Part shown: in pieces, positions 9,036 to 17,642 of the stretch
How positions within the stretch are numbered: position 1 is the stretch's first letter
Layout of the letters: the number at the start of each line of letters is the position of its first letter
Origin: an uncultured Eubacteriales bacterium
GTDB taxonomy: Bacteria; Bacillota; Clostridia; Oscillospirales; CAG-272
Direction of reading: 5' to 3'
Assembly: GCA_934481515.1 (NCBI GenBank)
Contig: CAKSPO010000006.1
Coordinates: forward strand, 134 to 64,133
Length of the DNA stretch: 64,000 nt
Made by a program: the position numbers and the translations under genes
The notes under the pieces: generated by a model
What the model saw: only the letters and a program-made list of their open reading frames with translations
Told to the model about the DNA's origin: nothing
The model's database searches: none

Positions 9036-9583
9036 AGCAACTCCTGCTCCTCCAGTTCCTTCTTCAGCTTTTCCCGCATCCGGAAGAGCAATACCTTGAC
9101 CTTGCTCTCCCCGATCCCGACCTCTGCGGCAATCTGCGACACCGGCTGCGCCCAGAAATACCGGCGAAGAAACACCGCGCGCTTTTCCTCACCAAGCCCG
9201 GCAAGAAACCGATCCAGTGCATCGCTCAGCCGCCCGTTCTCGTATTCCTGTTCGACATTCTCCCGTGCCGGAATGCATTCCTCCAGTTCCGTAAGCAGAG
9301 CATCCGTCCCGCCGCGCTTCTTCCGATGCTCCCGCCGCCACGCATCCACGGAAATGCGGCGGGTGATTTTGGACAGGAACGCGCCAAGATACGCAGGTCT
9401 CGCGGTCGGCATGGCGTTCCATGCGGCAAGCCAGGTATCGTTGAGGCATTCCTCCGCATCCTCCCGGGAAGAAAGAAGCGCATAGGACAGAGAATACAGC
9501 ATCCGCCCGTATTTCTGATCCGATTCGGAAATCGCACGTTCACTCCGCTTCCAGTACAGATCTACAATCTGTCGATCCTCCAT
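9032..9583 (-). CDS. ECF-type RNA polymerase sigma-70 factor
   Basis: Starts at MEDRQIVDLYWKRSE with an AGGAGAG RBS. Region 2 DAEECLNDTWLAAW. Region 4 HTH VSQIAAEVGIGESKVKVLLFRMREKL. Confidence 0.9.
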   Translation of the reverse strand: MEDRQIVDLYWKRSERAISESDQKYGRMLYSLSYALLSSREDAEECLNDTWLAAWNAMPTARPAYLGAFLSKITRRISVDAWRREHRKKRGGTDALLTELEECIPARENVEQEYENGRLSDALDRFLAGLGEEKRAVFLRRYFWAQPVSQIAAEVGIGESKVKVLLFRMREKLKKELEEQELL

Positions 9584-9797
9584 ATCTACTCTCCTGTTTT
9601 TTTCGGGGCACACCCTATCAGTCGTCAATTCAATCGTTCCGGTTACACTTTTTCTGAAAAATTCAAAAAATTTTTTCGGTATCCTTCTTCATCATAGCAG
9701 AACGGCAGCGTCCTGTCAAGTCCGCGTCCGCCGCCGGAACGCAAAAAGCCCCCGGAACGGTTCGGAAAACCGCGTCCGGGAGCTGTTCTTATCTCTC

Positions 9798-10583
9798 TTA
9801 TTTTCTGTATTTCTTCAGAAAATCTGCGCTCATGCGCAGACTTTCAAACGGCGTTCCGGTAAAGTTTTCATCCTGCTCCACCACGTAATGCTTCACGCCG
9901 ATACGCTCCGCCGTCTTAAGAATCCCGTTCCAGTCAAGGTTCCCGTAGCCGACCTCCGCAAGGCAAACCCGTGGGCGGTAGCTTCCGTCGGAAAGATCGA
10001 CCGAAAAATCCTTCAGATGCAGAATATCAATCCGCCCTGCCAGCCGCTCCATCCATGCGCACACGTCTCCGCCGCCGGCGGCAACCCAGCAGGTGTCCAG
10101 CACGAAAGAAATATTTTTCGGATCGAATTCCTCCTCCAGAATTTCCATCCGCGTCTTGTAGCCGTCCACCCGCTCAAATTCAAAATTGTGATTGTGATAG
10201 GTCAGCTTGAAGCCTTCCTTTGCATACCGTTCTGCCGCTCCGTTGAAATCGCGGATGAACTTTTTGAGCCCGTCAAGACTTGCCCGTGCGTCCGGCGGCA
10301 TCATTCCAAGTCCGATGTTATCCGTCCCCCACAACCGATGCAGAGCGATCGTCTCCTCCGGCTCATCAATGATCTTCCGATAATTATAATGTGTTCCGAC
10401 AATGCGGATTCCGTTTTTCTTCAAAAGCTCCCCGAACAGCTCCGGAGCAAACGGAGAGAAGCCCGCGGTCTGCGCTTCCGTATACCCAAGCTCCCGCAGC
10501 CGGCGAAAGCTGAGATCGGCAAATTCCGGGTCGCGCAGATAATCCCGCACCGTATAAAGCTGAAGTCCCAGGTTCTGAAACAT
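9798..10583 (-). CDS. Sugar phosphate isomerase/epimerase (xylose isomerase-like TIM barrel)
   Basis: MFQNLGLQLYTVRD..., YHNHNFEF and HLKD motifs. GGGAGGG lies 7 nt upstream of the ATG at 10583. Confidence 0.8.
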   Translation of the reverse strand: MFQNLGLQLYTVRDYLRDPEFADLSFRRLRELGYTEAQTAGFSPFAPELFGELLKKNGIRIVGTHYNYRKIIDEPEETIALHRLWGTDNIGLGMMPPDARASLDGLKKFIRDFNGAAERYAKEGFKLTYHNHNFEFERVDGYKTRMEILEEEFDPKNISFVLDTCWVAAGGGDVCAWMERLAGRIDILHLKDFSVDLSDGSYRPRVCLAEVGYGNLDWNGILKTAERIGVKHYVVEQDENFTGTPFESLRMSADFLKKYRK

Positions 10584-10853
10584 ATGAAATCCCTCCCACA
10601 AAAAATCTACAATTTATATAATACTGCATCCGTCGCTTTTTGTCAAGCGGAAAAACGGAGTCACCCATGGTGAAAAAACGAAACCGGTATGCCGGAGAGG
10701 AAAGAAGAAAGCCCTCACCGCATTGGTGAAGGCTTTTCTCAAAGAGGAAATCCCCCGCTTCCCAAGAGAAGCGGCGCGACGGGCATCTGCAGCCATACAA
10801 ACCGCATGCCGACCGCGAAAGGAATCCTGCAGGAAAGAGGCGGAAAACCGCCA

Positions 10854-10928
10854 TGGTGACCCCTACGGGAATCGAACCCATATCTTCGCCGTGAGAGGGC
10901 GACGTCTTAACCGTTTGACTAAGGGGCC
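10854..10928 (-). tRNA. tRNA-Glu (anticodon CUC) with encoded CCA
   Basis: The reverse complement GGCCCCTTAGTCAAACGGTTAAGACGTCGCCCTCTCACGGCGAAGATATGGGTTCGATTCCCGTAGGGGTCACCA folds as a cloverleaf. It has a 7-bp acceptor stem, a 5-bp anticodon stem, loop CTCTCAC and a GGTTCGATTCC T-arm. Confidence 0.95.
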
Positions 10929-10963
10929 GGAATCTGCCGGCGACTCTTGCCACCGACTGCTCT

Positions 10964-10991
10964 ATTATACCACACTTTTTTGAAATTGCAA
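10964..10991 (-). promoter_or_regulatory. Extended -10 promoter for tRNA-Glu
   Basis: The reverse strand reads TTGCAA, 16 nt, TGgTATAAT. The predicted start is about 30 nt upstream of the mature tRNA 5' end. Confidence 0.6.
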
Positions 10992-11306
10992 GTCTTTTTT
11001 TCATATTTTTTATTTTTTTTTGCATTTTTCTGAAAAATGCCATTTCAGGGCACTCGGCATGCGCATCCGCACACCGCCGGTTAAATGAATATATGCAGTG
11101 TATTCATTGAATATATTCATGTTTTCTGAAAAAACAAATCTTGTTTCGTGCTCCTTGACTTCCTCGCTCTTCCTACGTCAAACGGCCATCTTTTCTTCGT
11201 TTTTGGCAAGCAGAGGTGTATTATTGTAATATTGCACAGTTTTTTGCATTCATTTATGTATTGTGTTGTAGCATTCATAGAAGTGAAAAAATATTCAAAA
11301 AACCTA

Positions 11307-11335
11307 TTGACATATGAATATTTATGCGCTATAAT
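11307..11335 (+). promoter_or_regulatory. Consensus sigma-70 promoter for the amino-acid ABC transporter operon
   Basis: TTGACA (11307-11312), 17 nt, TATAAT (11330-11335). The spacer contains an ATGAATA half-site. Confidence 0.7.
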
Positions 11336-11372
11336 AACGCCATCATAAAAAACATCCCGGAGGGAAAGAAAA

Positions 11373-12236
11373 ATGAAAAAAGTAGTAAGTCTTGTATTGG
11401 TTGTCCTGATGCTGGCAACCTGCGCATGCGCGTTCGCATCCTGTTCTTCCAAAAAGAACGTCAAAATCGGTGTTCAGGCAGGCACCACGGGCGAGTTCTT
11501 CCTCAAAGGCAACACGGAATTCGGCTTCACCGGATATTCCAATGTAGATGTCAACGGCTTTACCACCGGCGCTCTTGCGGTGGCGGACATGCTGAACGGA
11601 AACGTTGATTACGTTGTCATCGATAATTCTGTGGCGCAGGCGCTGGTTGCTGCAAACAGCGGCAAGATCAAAATGATCGACTATGCGCTGACCACCGAGG
11701 ACTACGGCATCGGCGTTGATAAGAATCAGCCCGAACTCCTGAACAAGATCAACAATATTCTGAAGGAAAAGAAAAACGAAATCGCCGCGCTCTATACCAA
11801 GTATGCAAGCGTGACCGATGAAAACTCCGCCGCATGGAGCGGCTCGACCGTTACCTCCGCCGTGCAGGACAGCTCCAAGGATCAGCTGGTGGTGGCAACC
11901 AATGCGCAGTTTGCTCCTTATGAGTTCACCGTTGGCGATAAGTATGCCGGCATTGACATGGAGCTTGCAAAGCTGATCGCGGATGCACTCGGCATGGAAC
12001 TGGTCATCAAGGATATGGAATTTGACAGTGTTGTCACTTCCATCGGAAAGAATGGCGTGGATGTTGCCATCTCCGGTCTTACCATCAACCCCGCCCGGGC
12101 AAAGGTCGTCAGCTTCTCCGATCCTTATGAAAAGGGCGCATATCAGGTGATCATTGCCAAGGCAGACGATACCACTTTTGATTCCTGCAAGAGCTCCGAG
12201 GACGTTCTGAAGATCCTCGCTGAGCTGAAGAAGTAA
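11373..12236 (+). CDS. Polar amino-acid ABC transporter substrate-binding lipoprotein (type-II PBP with permuted lobe order)
   Basis: Lipobox FASC. SBP_bac_3-like segments are present, but the lobe-II segment (KIGVQAGTTGE...VDYVVIDN...YGIGV) precedes the lobe-I segment (LVVATNAQFAPYEF...GIDMELAKLIA...DVAISGLTINPARAKVVSFSDPY). Confidence 0.8.
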   Translation: MKKVVSLVLVVLMLATCACAFASCSSKKNVKIGVQAGTTGEFFLKGNTEFGFTGYSNVDVNGFTTGALAVADMLNGNVDYVVIDNSVAQALVAANSGKIKMIDYALTTEDYGIGVDKNQPELLNKINNILKEKKNEIAALYTKYASVTDENSAAWSGSTVTSAVQDSSKDQLVVATNAQFAPYEFTVGDKYAGIDMELAKLIADALGMELVIKDMEFDSVVTSIGKNGVDVAISGLTINPARAKVVSFSDPYEKGAYQVIIAKADDTTFDSCKSSEDVLKILAELKK

Positions 12237-12242
12237 GAGACA

Positions 12243-12947
12243 ATGACTGCTCAGGATTGGGATCTCTTTTACCGCCAATTCATCACAAACAATGGCTACC
12301 GGGTCGCACTTCGCGGCCTGGCAGCCACTTTGCAGATTGCCGTCATCGGTCTTTTAATCGGCATCGTCATCGGCACTCTGATTGCTGTGATCAAAATGAT
12401 TCCGAAGTACCGCGTGGCGCCTCGGATTTTTTCTGCTGTCTGTGACGTTTACGTCGGATTTTTCCGCGGCACACCGATGATGGTACAGCTTCTGATCGGA
12501 TGGTTTGTGCTCTTCCCTGCGCTTGGACTGCACCTGGACAATCTGGTGGTCGCCTCCATCATCTTCGGTATGAACAGCGGCGCGTATGTCTCCGAAATTA
12601 TGCGGAGCGGCATTCAGGCGGTGGATGCCGGGCAGCTGGAAGCCGCACGTGCGCTCGGGCTAGGTTACTGGACCTCCATGCTGAAAATTGTCATTCCGCA
12701 GGGCATTAAAAATATTCTTCCGACGCTCGGAAACGAATTTATTACGCTGGTCAAGGACACCTCCATTGTTTCCTTTATCGCCGTCGTCGATCTGACCAAG
12801 GCATTCAAGTCCATCGGAGACGCAACCTACAGCTACATCATTCCCTATCTGATGCTGGCGCTGATCTATCTTGTAATCGTTCTGATCATCACATTCCTCA
12901 TCCGTCTGCTGGAAAGGAGGCTGAAGCGAGTTGATCGACATCGTTAA
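12243..12947 (+). CDS. Amino-acid ABC transporter permease (His/Glu/Gln/Arg/opine family)
   Basis: [11 protein letters not shown] and [11 protein letters not shown]...[19 protein letters not shown] are the EAA-loop signatures of this family. Confidence 0.9.
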   Translation: MTAQDWDLFYRQFITNNGYRVALRGLAATLQIAVIGLLIGIVIGTLIAVIKMIPKYRVAPRIFSAVCDVYVGFFRGTPMMVQLLIGWFVLFPALGLHLDNLVVASIIFGMNSGAYVSEIMRSGIQAVDAGQLEAARALGLGYWTSMLKIVIPQGIKNILPTLGNEFITLVKDTSIVSFIAVVDLTKAFKSIGDATYSYIIPYLMLALIYLVIVLIITFLIRLLERRLKRVDRHR

Positions 12948-13755
12948 TCTGCAAAAATCCTTCGGAAAGCTGGAGGTGCTCAAGGGGATTTCCCTCACCA
13001 TTCACGAAGGAGAGAAAATTGCCGTGATCGGTCCCTCCGGAAGCGGGAAAAGTACCTTCCTGCGCTGCATCAACTGCATGGAGGATCCGACCGGCGGCTC
13101 CATCTTCTTTGAAGGCGAAGACCTTGCCGACATGAAAGTGGACATCAACAAGCACCGTGAGCACATCGGCATGGTGTTCCAGCAGTTCAATCTGTTCAAT
13201 AACAAAACCGTTTTGCAGAACATCACGCTGGCACCGGTCTCCATCGGACTGCGCAATCTGCGCCGGGTCAAGCGCGCCAACCGGCGCCGCAGTTTTGCCA
13301 ACCTGTTCCGGAAGAACAAAAAACCGCTGACCGAAATCACAACAACCGGGGCAAAAATCCGGCAAGACGCACAGACGCATGCCATGGAACTGCTCCACCG
13401 CATCGGTTTGGAAGAGAAAGCTTCCGCATATCCTTCCACGCTCTCCGGCGGGCAGAAGCAGCGGATCGCCATCATCCGCGCACTTGCCATGAATCCGCAG
13501 GTCATGCTCTTCGACGAGCCGACCTCCGCGCTCGACCCCGAAATGGTGGGAGAGGTGCTGGATCTGATCCGTGAGCTTGCCAAAGAAGGCATGACCATGG
13601 TCATCGTAACTCATGAAATGGGCTTTGCACGCGAAGTCTCCGACCGGGTGCTATTCATGGACGGCGGTGTCATCGCAGAGGATGCCCCGCCCCAACAGCT
13701 CTTCGGAAACCCACAGAATCCGCGCACCCGCGAATTTCTCAGCAAGGTACTTTGA
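12931..13755 (+). CDS. Amino-acid ABC transporter ATP-binding protein (GlnQ-like) with a basic insertion
   Basis: TTG start preceded by GGAAAGGAGG. Walker [10 protein letters not shown], signature LSGGQKQR, Walker [12 protein letters not shown]. About 35 extra Arg/Lys-rich residues lie before the MELLHRIGL helix. Confidence 0.9.
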   Translation: MIDIVNLQKSFGKLEVLKGISLTIHEGEKIAVIGPSGSGKSTFLRCINCMEDPTGGSIFFEGEDLADMKVDINKHREHIGMVFQQFNLFNNKTVLQNITLAPVSIGLRNLRRVKRANRRRSFANLFRKNKKPLTEITTTGAKIRQDAQTHAMELLHRIGLEEKASAYPSTLSGGQKQRIAIIRALAMNPQVMLFDEPTSALDPEMVGEVLDLIRELAKEGMTMVIVTHEMGFAREVSDRVLFMDGGVIAEDAPPQQLFGNPQNPRTREFLSKVL

Positions 13756-13829
13756 CCGTACACAAAAAACAGCATTCTCTGATGCATCTTCCGGTCGCTC
13801 ATACGGAAGAACAGAATTCTTTACAGCTC

Positions 13830-13870
13830 GCCCCCGATGCCGTTTTCGGTGCCGGGGGCTTGTTATTTTG
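13830..13870 (+). terminator. Intrinsic terminator after the ABC operon
   Basis: gcccccg...cgggggc stem (13830-13859) followed by TTGTTATTTTG. Confidence 0.6.
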
Positions 13871-13888
13871 TCCGAACCGTGGTATAAT
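13860..13888 (+). promoter_or_regulatory. Extended -10 promoter for the sbcD-like operon
   Basis: TTGTTA, 17 nt, TGgTATAAT (-10 at 13883-13888). Confidence 0.5.
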
Positions 13889-13960
13889 GGGTACATCCGA
13901 AACAGATCAAAAGAATTCCCCGGTACAATCTCCGGGAAAGATACAGAAAGGGGTTTTTCC

Positions 13961-15028
13961 GTGAAGCTGATTCACTGTGCGGATTTTCATCTGGACTCTC
14001 CGATGGAGTCAAATCTACCACCCGAAAAAGCAAAAGAGCGCCGCGCGGAGCTGCGTTCCGTGTTTTCCCGTATGGTGGATTTTGCCGTCAAAGAAGAGGT
14101 TTCTGTCATTCTCATCGCGGGAGACCTGTTTGACCGCGACCGGGTCACCAAAAGCACCCGTCAATATGTGCTTGACACCATTGCCGCACATCCTGCCATC
14201 CGCTTTTTCTACCTTTCCGGAAATCACGACAGAAGCGTTCTTCCGGAGGATCCGGAAAGTCTGCCGCGTAATCTGTATACCTTCGCCGACGGCTGGACCA
14301 CCTACCCGCTGGAGGAGAACATTTCCGTCATCGGAAGCGAAGCGCCGGATGCCGACACCTTTTCGGTATCTCCCGACCGGTTCAACATTCTTCTCCTGCA
14401 CGGTCAGGTTCGTACCGGCTCCGGCACGGCAAAGGAAGGAATCATCCGCCTTGGAAAGCTGAAAGGGAGTCACGTGGACTACGTCGCCATGGGACATGTG
14501 CACGAATACCGCGAATACCGGATTGACGCTCGAACCGTCGCCTGCTACTGTGGCTGTCCGGAGGGACGCGGCTTTGACGAATGCGGCACCCGCGGCATCG
14601 TTCTTCTGGAAGTCAGGGACGGGAAAGAAACACACCGCCTGATCCCGTTCGCAAAGCGCACCATGCACTGCATTTCCTGCGATCTGACCGGGCTTCTCTC
14701 GCAAACAGAGCTGGAGGAGCGGGTCTCCGCGCTGACGGAAGGCATCCCGCCGCAGGACGCGGTCAAGGTGGTTCTTTGCGGCTCCTGCCCACCGGATTTT
14801 GTCAAAGATCCGGAGCACCTGCAAAGCCTTCTGTCGGAGCGGTTCTATTTTTCACTCGTCCGTGACGAAAGCAGGCTTCTCATTGACCCCGCACAATACC
14901 GGAACGACATCTCGCTCAAAGGAGAATTTGTGCGCACGGTACTTTCTTCCTCCCTGAGCGAGGAAGAAAAAGAGCGGGTGCTTTCCTGCGGACTGCGCGC
15001 ACTCAGAGGAGAGGAGGTCGGACTTTGA
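13961..15028 (+). CDS. Mre11/SbcD-family metallophosphoesterase (YhaO-like DNA repair exonuclease)
   Basis: GTG start at 13961 after AGAAAGGGG. VKLIHCADFHLDSP, ILIAGDLFD, GNHD and GHVH phosphoesterase motifs. The terminator and promoter upstream exclude the longer track ORF. Confidence 0.85.
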   Translation: MKLIHCADFHLDSPMESNLPPEKAKERRAELRSVFSRMVDFAVKEEVSVILIAGDLFDRDRVTKSTRQYVLDTIAAHPAIRFFYLSGNHDRSVLPEDPESLPRNLYTFADGWTTYPLEENISVIGSEAPDADTFSVSPDRFNILLLHGQVRTGSGTAKEGIIRLGKLKGSHVDYVAMGHVHEYREYRIDARTVACYCGCPEGRGFDECGTRGIVLLEVRDGKETHRLIPFAKRTMHCISCDLTGLLSQTELEERVSALTEGIPPQDAVKVVLCGSCPPDFVKDPEHLQSLLSERFYFSLVRDESRLLIDPAQYRNDISLKGEFVRTVLSSSLSEEEKERVLSCGLRALRGEEVGL

Positions 15029-17583
15029 AGCTCTTACAACTTCACATTCAGAATTTCGGAACCCTGCATGATGTGTCCATGGAGTTTTCGTCCGGCTGTA
15101 CCACGCTCTGCCGGGAAAACGGCTGGGGAAAAAGTACGCTTGCCGTTTTCCTCAAGGCAATGCTCTACGGACTTCCCGCATCCTCCAAACGGTCCCTGGA
15201 GGAAAACGAACGAAAGAAATACGCACCGTGGCAGGGCGGAGCCTTCGGCGGCAGCATTACTTTTTCCTCTGACAGAGGAACCTTCCGCGCGGAGCGCTTC
15301 TTCGGTGCAAAGGAGAGTGAGGACAGTTTTGCTCTCTATGATCTTTCCACCAACCTCCCCTCCGCCGCTTACCCGCCGGAACTTGGAAATGCGCTGTTCG
15401 GCATCGACGCGGACGGCTTTGAGCGGACGGTCTACTTTCCGCAACGCACCCTGAAAGGAAAAATCGACAACAGCAGTATCTCGGCAAAACTCGGAAACCT
15501 TCTGGACGATCCGGACGACATCGGAAACTACGACCGGGCGCTGGAACTTTTGGAAAAGCGCAGAAAATATTACATCCTGACGGGCAACCGCGGAAAGATC
15601 GCTGATCTGGAGCGGGAATGGAACGACCGGGCACGGGAGATTGAAGAAACCCGGCGTCAGGTTCTTGCACTGGAAGAAAAAGAAGCGGAACTGAAAAAGA
15701 CCGAAGAATCCCTCCGGGAACTGCGGGAAGAGGAAAACATTCTCCGTGAAAACCAGAAAAAAGCTCTGCTCTCCCGCAACCGCGCCACCGTTTTGCAACA
15801 GAAAAAACAAATGGAGGAGGAAATTTTCCGACTGGAAAAACGGCAGGCGGAACTGAATCGACTGCTCGGCGGCGTACATCCGGATGACGCGGAGCTTTCC
15901 CGCGCCAGAGCCTGCCTTTCCGACCTCCGGAAAGCCAGGGGAGCCGTCGAGCTTCTGGAAAAGCCCTGTGCGGAGGAAGAGACCCTGCTTCGACTCTCCC
16001 GCAAATATCCGAACGGCTTGCCGGATGCCGATGCCGCGCGGGAACTCTCCAAAAAGAAGGACGCGCTGCGGGACGCAGTGCAGGAGGAAAAGCTCCTGTC
16101 CGGGGGGCAGGAAATTTTGACCGGAACACGACCCGCTCCGATTCCCGAAGACAAGCTCCTGGCGGCGCTTGCCACGGCGGAACAGCTGGATGCGCTCCGG
16201 AAAGAAGTGCAAGCCGCCAGAACAAACCGGAAGCAGAGCCGTTCCCGCATCCTTTCCGCACTTTTGATCGCCGCAGCACTTGTTCTGACCGCACTCTCCC
16301 TTCTTCCCGCTCTGCAACAGCTTCGCCTGCCCCTTCTGTCAGCGGGCGGCTGTGCGCTCCTTGCAGGAGCCATCCTCCTTTTTCTTCCCACGCGAAAAAG
16401 CAGTACTTCGCCCGGCTCCGCAGAAGATGCGGAAAAGGAACTGCTGCTTCCCGTCCGGGATCTTCTTTCCTCCCGCGGAATCTTCCCCGCAGAGGGAGAG
16501 GAAATGCAGGCACTGAAACACCTTGCGGATGAAGAACGTACAAGGAGAGCATCGGCACAAAAGGAGGAGCAGGTCCGGCAAAACGCCACACAGAAAAAGA
16601 AAGCACTGGCGCGGGAGCTTTACGACATGCTTCTTTGTTACTTCCCGTCCCCGTTCCCGCTGCAGGAAATGCAAAGCCGCACGGAACAGATCCTGCACGA
16701 TGCCGAAAGCGCCCGGCTGGCAAAGGAAGCCTCCCTGCGCCGGGAAAAGGAGCGGCAGCATGCCGCGGCGGAGCACATCTCGCAGCAGCAGAACCTGCAA
16801 CGCTTTTTGCAGCGGTTTCCGAAAGAGGAGGCCGCATCCTTGGAGGAGCGTCTTGCCATGATTGCCGCATGGGAATCGGAATTTCGGCGGAATCTTGTCC
16901 CGCTCCAGGAAAAGAAAGCGGAGCTGCAGCGGTTCACCGCAGAAAAGCAGGAACTGCTTTCCGCCACGGAGGATCCGGCGGATTACAGCCGCCTTTGCGA
17001 GGATGAGCAGGAGCTGCAAAACCGTCTGCGTTCCGGGGAAGAAAAAAAAGCCGCACTCCGCCAGACCATCCGCCGCCTTTCGGACAATACCGACCGCCTG
17101 CCGGATCTGCTTTCTCAGCAGGAGGAGTTGCAAAACCGCCTGCAGGAGGCACAAAAGGCAGGAAAAACATTGGAAAACACCATCCGCCTTCTGCAAACGG
17201 CAAAGCAATCCCTCTCCACCCGCTATCTTTCCTCCATGCAGGAAAGCTTTGACCGTTACCTGACCATGCTTTCCGCTGCCGGAGCGGACACGGTTCCGGA
17301 ATCCGCCATTGACGCATCCTTTGATGTATTCCTGCGGGTCGAAGGCAAAACCCGCGCCGCGGAATGCTTCAGCCGCGGCTGGCAGGACATGCTCCGCTTC
17401 TGCCTGCGGCTCTCGCTGGTGTCCGCACTCTACCGCGAAGGAGAAAAGCCTTTTCTCCTTCTGGACGATCCCTTCGTCAATCTCGATGACCGGCGGCTCA
17501 CCGCCGCGCAGCAACTGCTTGGCGCGCTCTCGGAGGAATACCAGATCCTTTACCTCGTATGCCGGAAAGAGCGCAGGCTGTGA
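15025..17583 (+). CDS. SbcC/Rad50-like AAA ATPase (YhaN-like) with coiled coils and a central hydrophobic hairpin
   Basis: TTG start overlaps the upstream stop. Walker A ENGWGKSTL, long E/K/L/Q-rich coiled segments, C-terminal LLLDDPFVNLD. TM-like stretch RILSALLIAAALVLTALSLL...LLAGAILLFLP at about 16245-16390. Confidence 0.8.
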   Translation: MKLLQLHIQNFGTLHDVSMEFSSGCTTLCRENGWGKSTLAVFLKAMLYGLPASSKRSLEENERKKYAPWQGGAFGGSITFSSDRGTFRAERFFGAKESEDSFALYDLSTNLPSAAYPPELGNALFGIDADGFERTVYFPQRTLKGKIDNSSISAKLGNLLDDPDDIGNYDRALELLEKRRKYYILTGNRGKIADLEREWNDRAREIEETRRQVLALEEKEAELKKTEESLRELREEENILRENQKKALLSRNRATVLQQKKQMEEEIFRLEKRQAELNRLLGGVHPDDAELSRARACLSDLRKARGAVELLEKPCAEEETLLRLSRKYPNGLPDADAARELSKKKDALRDAVQEEKLLSGGQEILTGTRPAPIPEDKLLAALATAEQLDALRKEVQAARTNRKQSRSRILSALLIAAALVLTALSLLPALQQLRLPLLSAGGCALLAGAILLFLPTRKSSTSPGSAEDAEKELLLPVRDLLSSRGIFPAEGEEMQALKHLADEERTRRASAQKEEQVRQNATQKKKALARELYDMLLCYFPSPFPLQEMQSRTEQILHDAESARLAKEASLRREKERQHAAAEHISQQQNLQRFLQRFPKEEAASLEERLAMIAAWESEFRRNLVPLQEKKAELQRFTAEKQELLSATEDPADYSRLCEDEQELQNRLRSGEEKKAALRQTIRRLSDNTDRLPDLLSQQEELQNRLQEAQKAGKTLENTIRLLQTAKQSLSTRYLSSMQESFDRYLTMLSAAGADTVPESAIDASFDVFLRVEGKTRAAECFSRGWQDMLRFCLRLSLVSALYREGEKPFLLLDDPFVNLDDRRLTAAQQLLGALSEEYQILYLVCRKERRL

Positions 17584-17642
17584 CCCGGCTGCACCGAAAA
17601 TGATTCTCTCATCCATTCTTCCCCTGCCGAAAGGAGGTCTTT

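Noticed and set aside
10384-11043. 219-aa reverse-strand ORF spanning the tRNA-Glu locus
   Set aside because: It overlaps the tRNA gene, its promoter and the 5' end of the isomerase gene. The translation has no motifs, so it is spurious.
11084-11120. ARG boxes (ArgR/AhrC operators) upstream of the amino-acid transporter
   Set aside because: The half-sites are TGAAT/ATTCA as in ARG boxes, but they are separated by 2 nt (TGAAT-AT-ATTCA), not the 4 nt of the 18-bp ARG box. The identity of the regulator is left open.
13961-17583. Nuclease plus AAA ATPase pair as an anti-phage defence system
   Set aside because: The architecture matches the widely conserved housekeeping YhaO/YhaN (SbcD/SbcC-like) repair pair. 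It is embedded among core genes (ABC transporter, hemW) and has no mobile-element or defence-island context.
15034-17616. Long reverse-strand ORFs (427, 537, 310 and 425 aa) antisense to the SbcC-like gene
   Set aside because: They have no motifs and are Arg/Pro/Gly-rich, while the forward frame has Walker A, coiled coils and a Walker B/D-loop. They are shadow ORFs.
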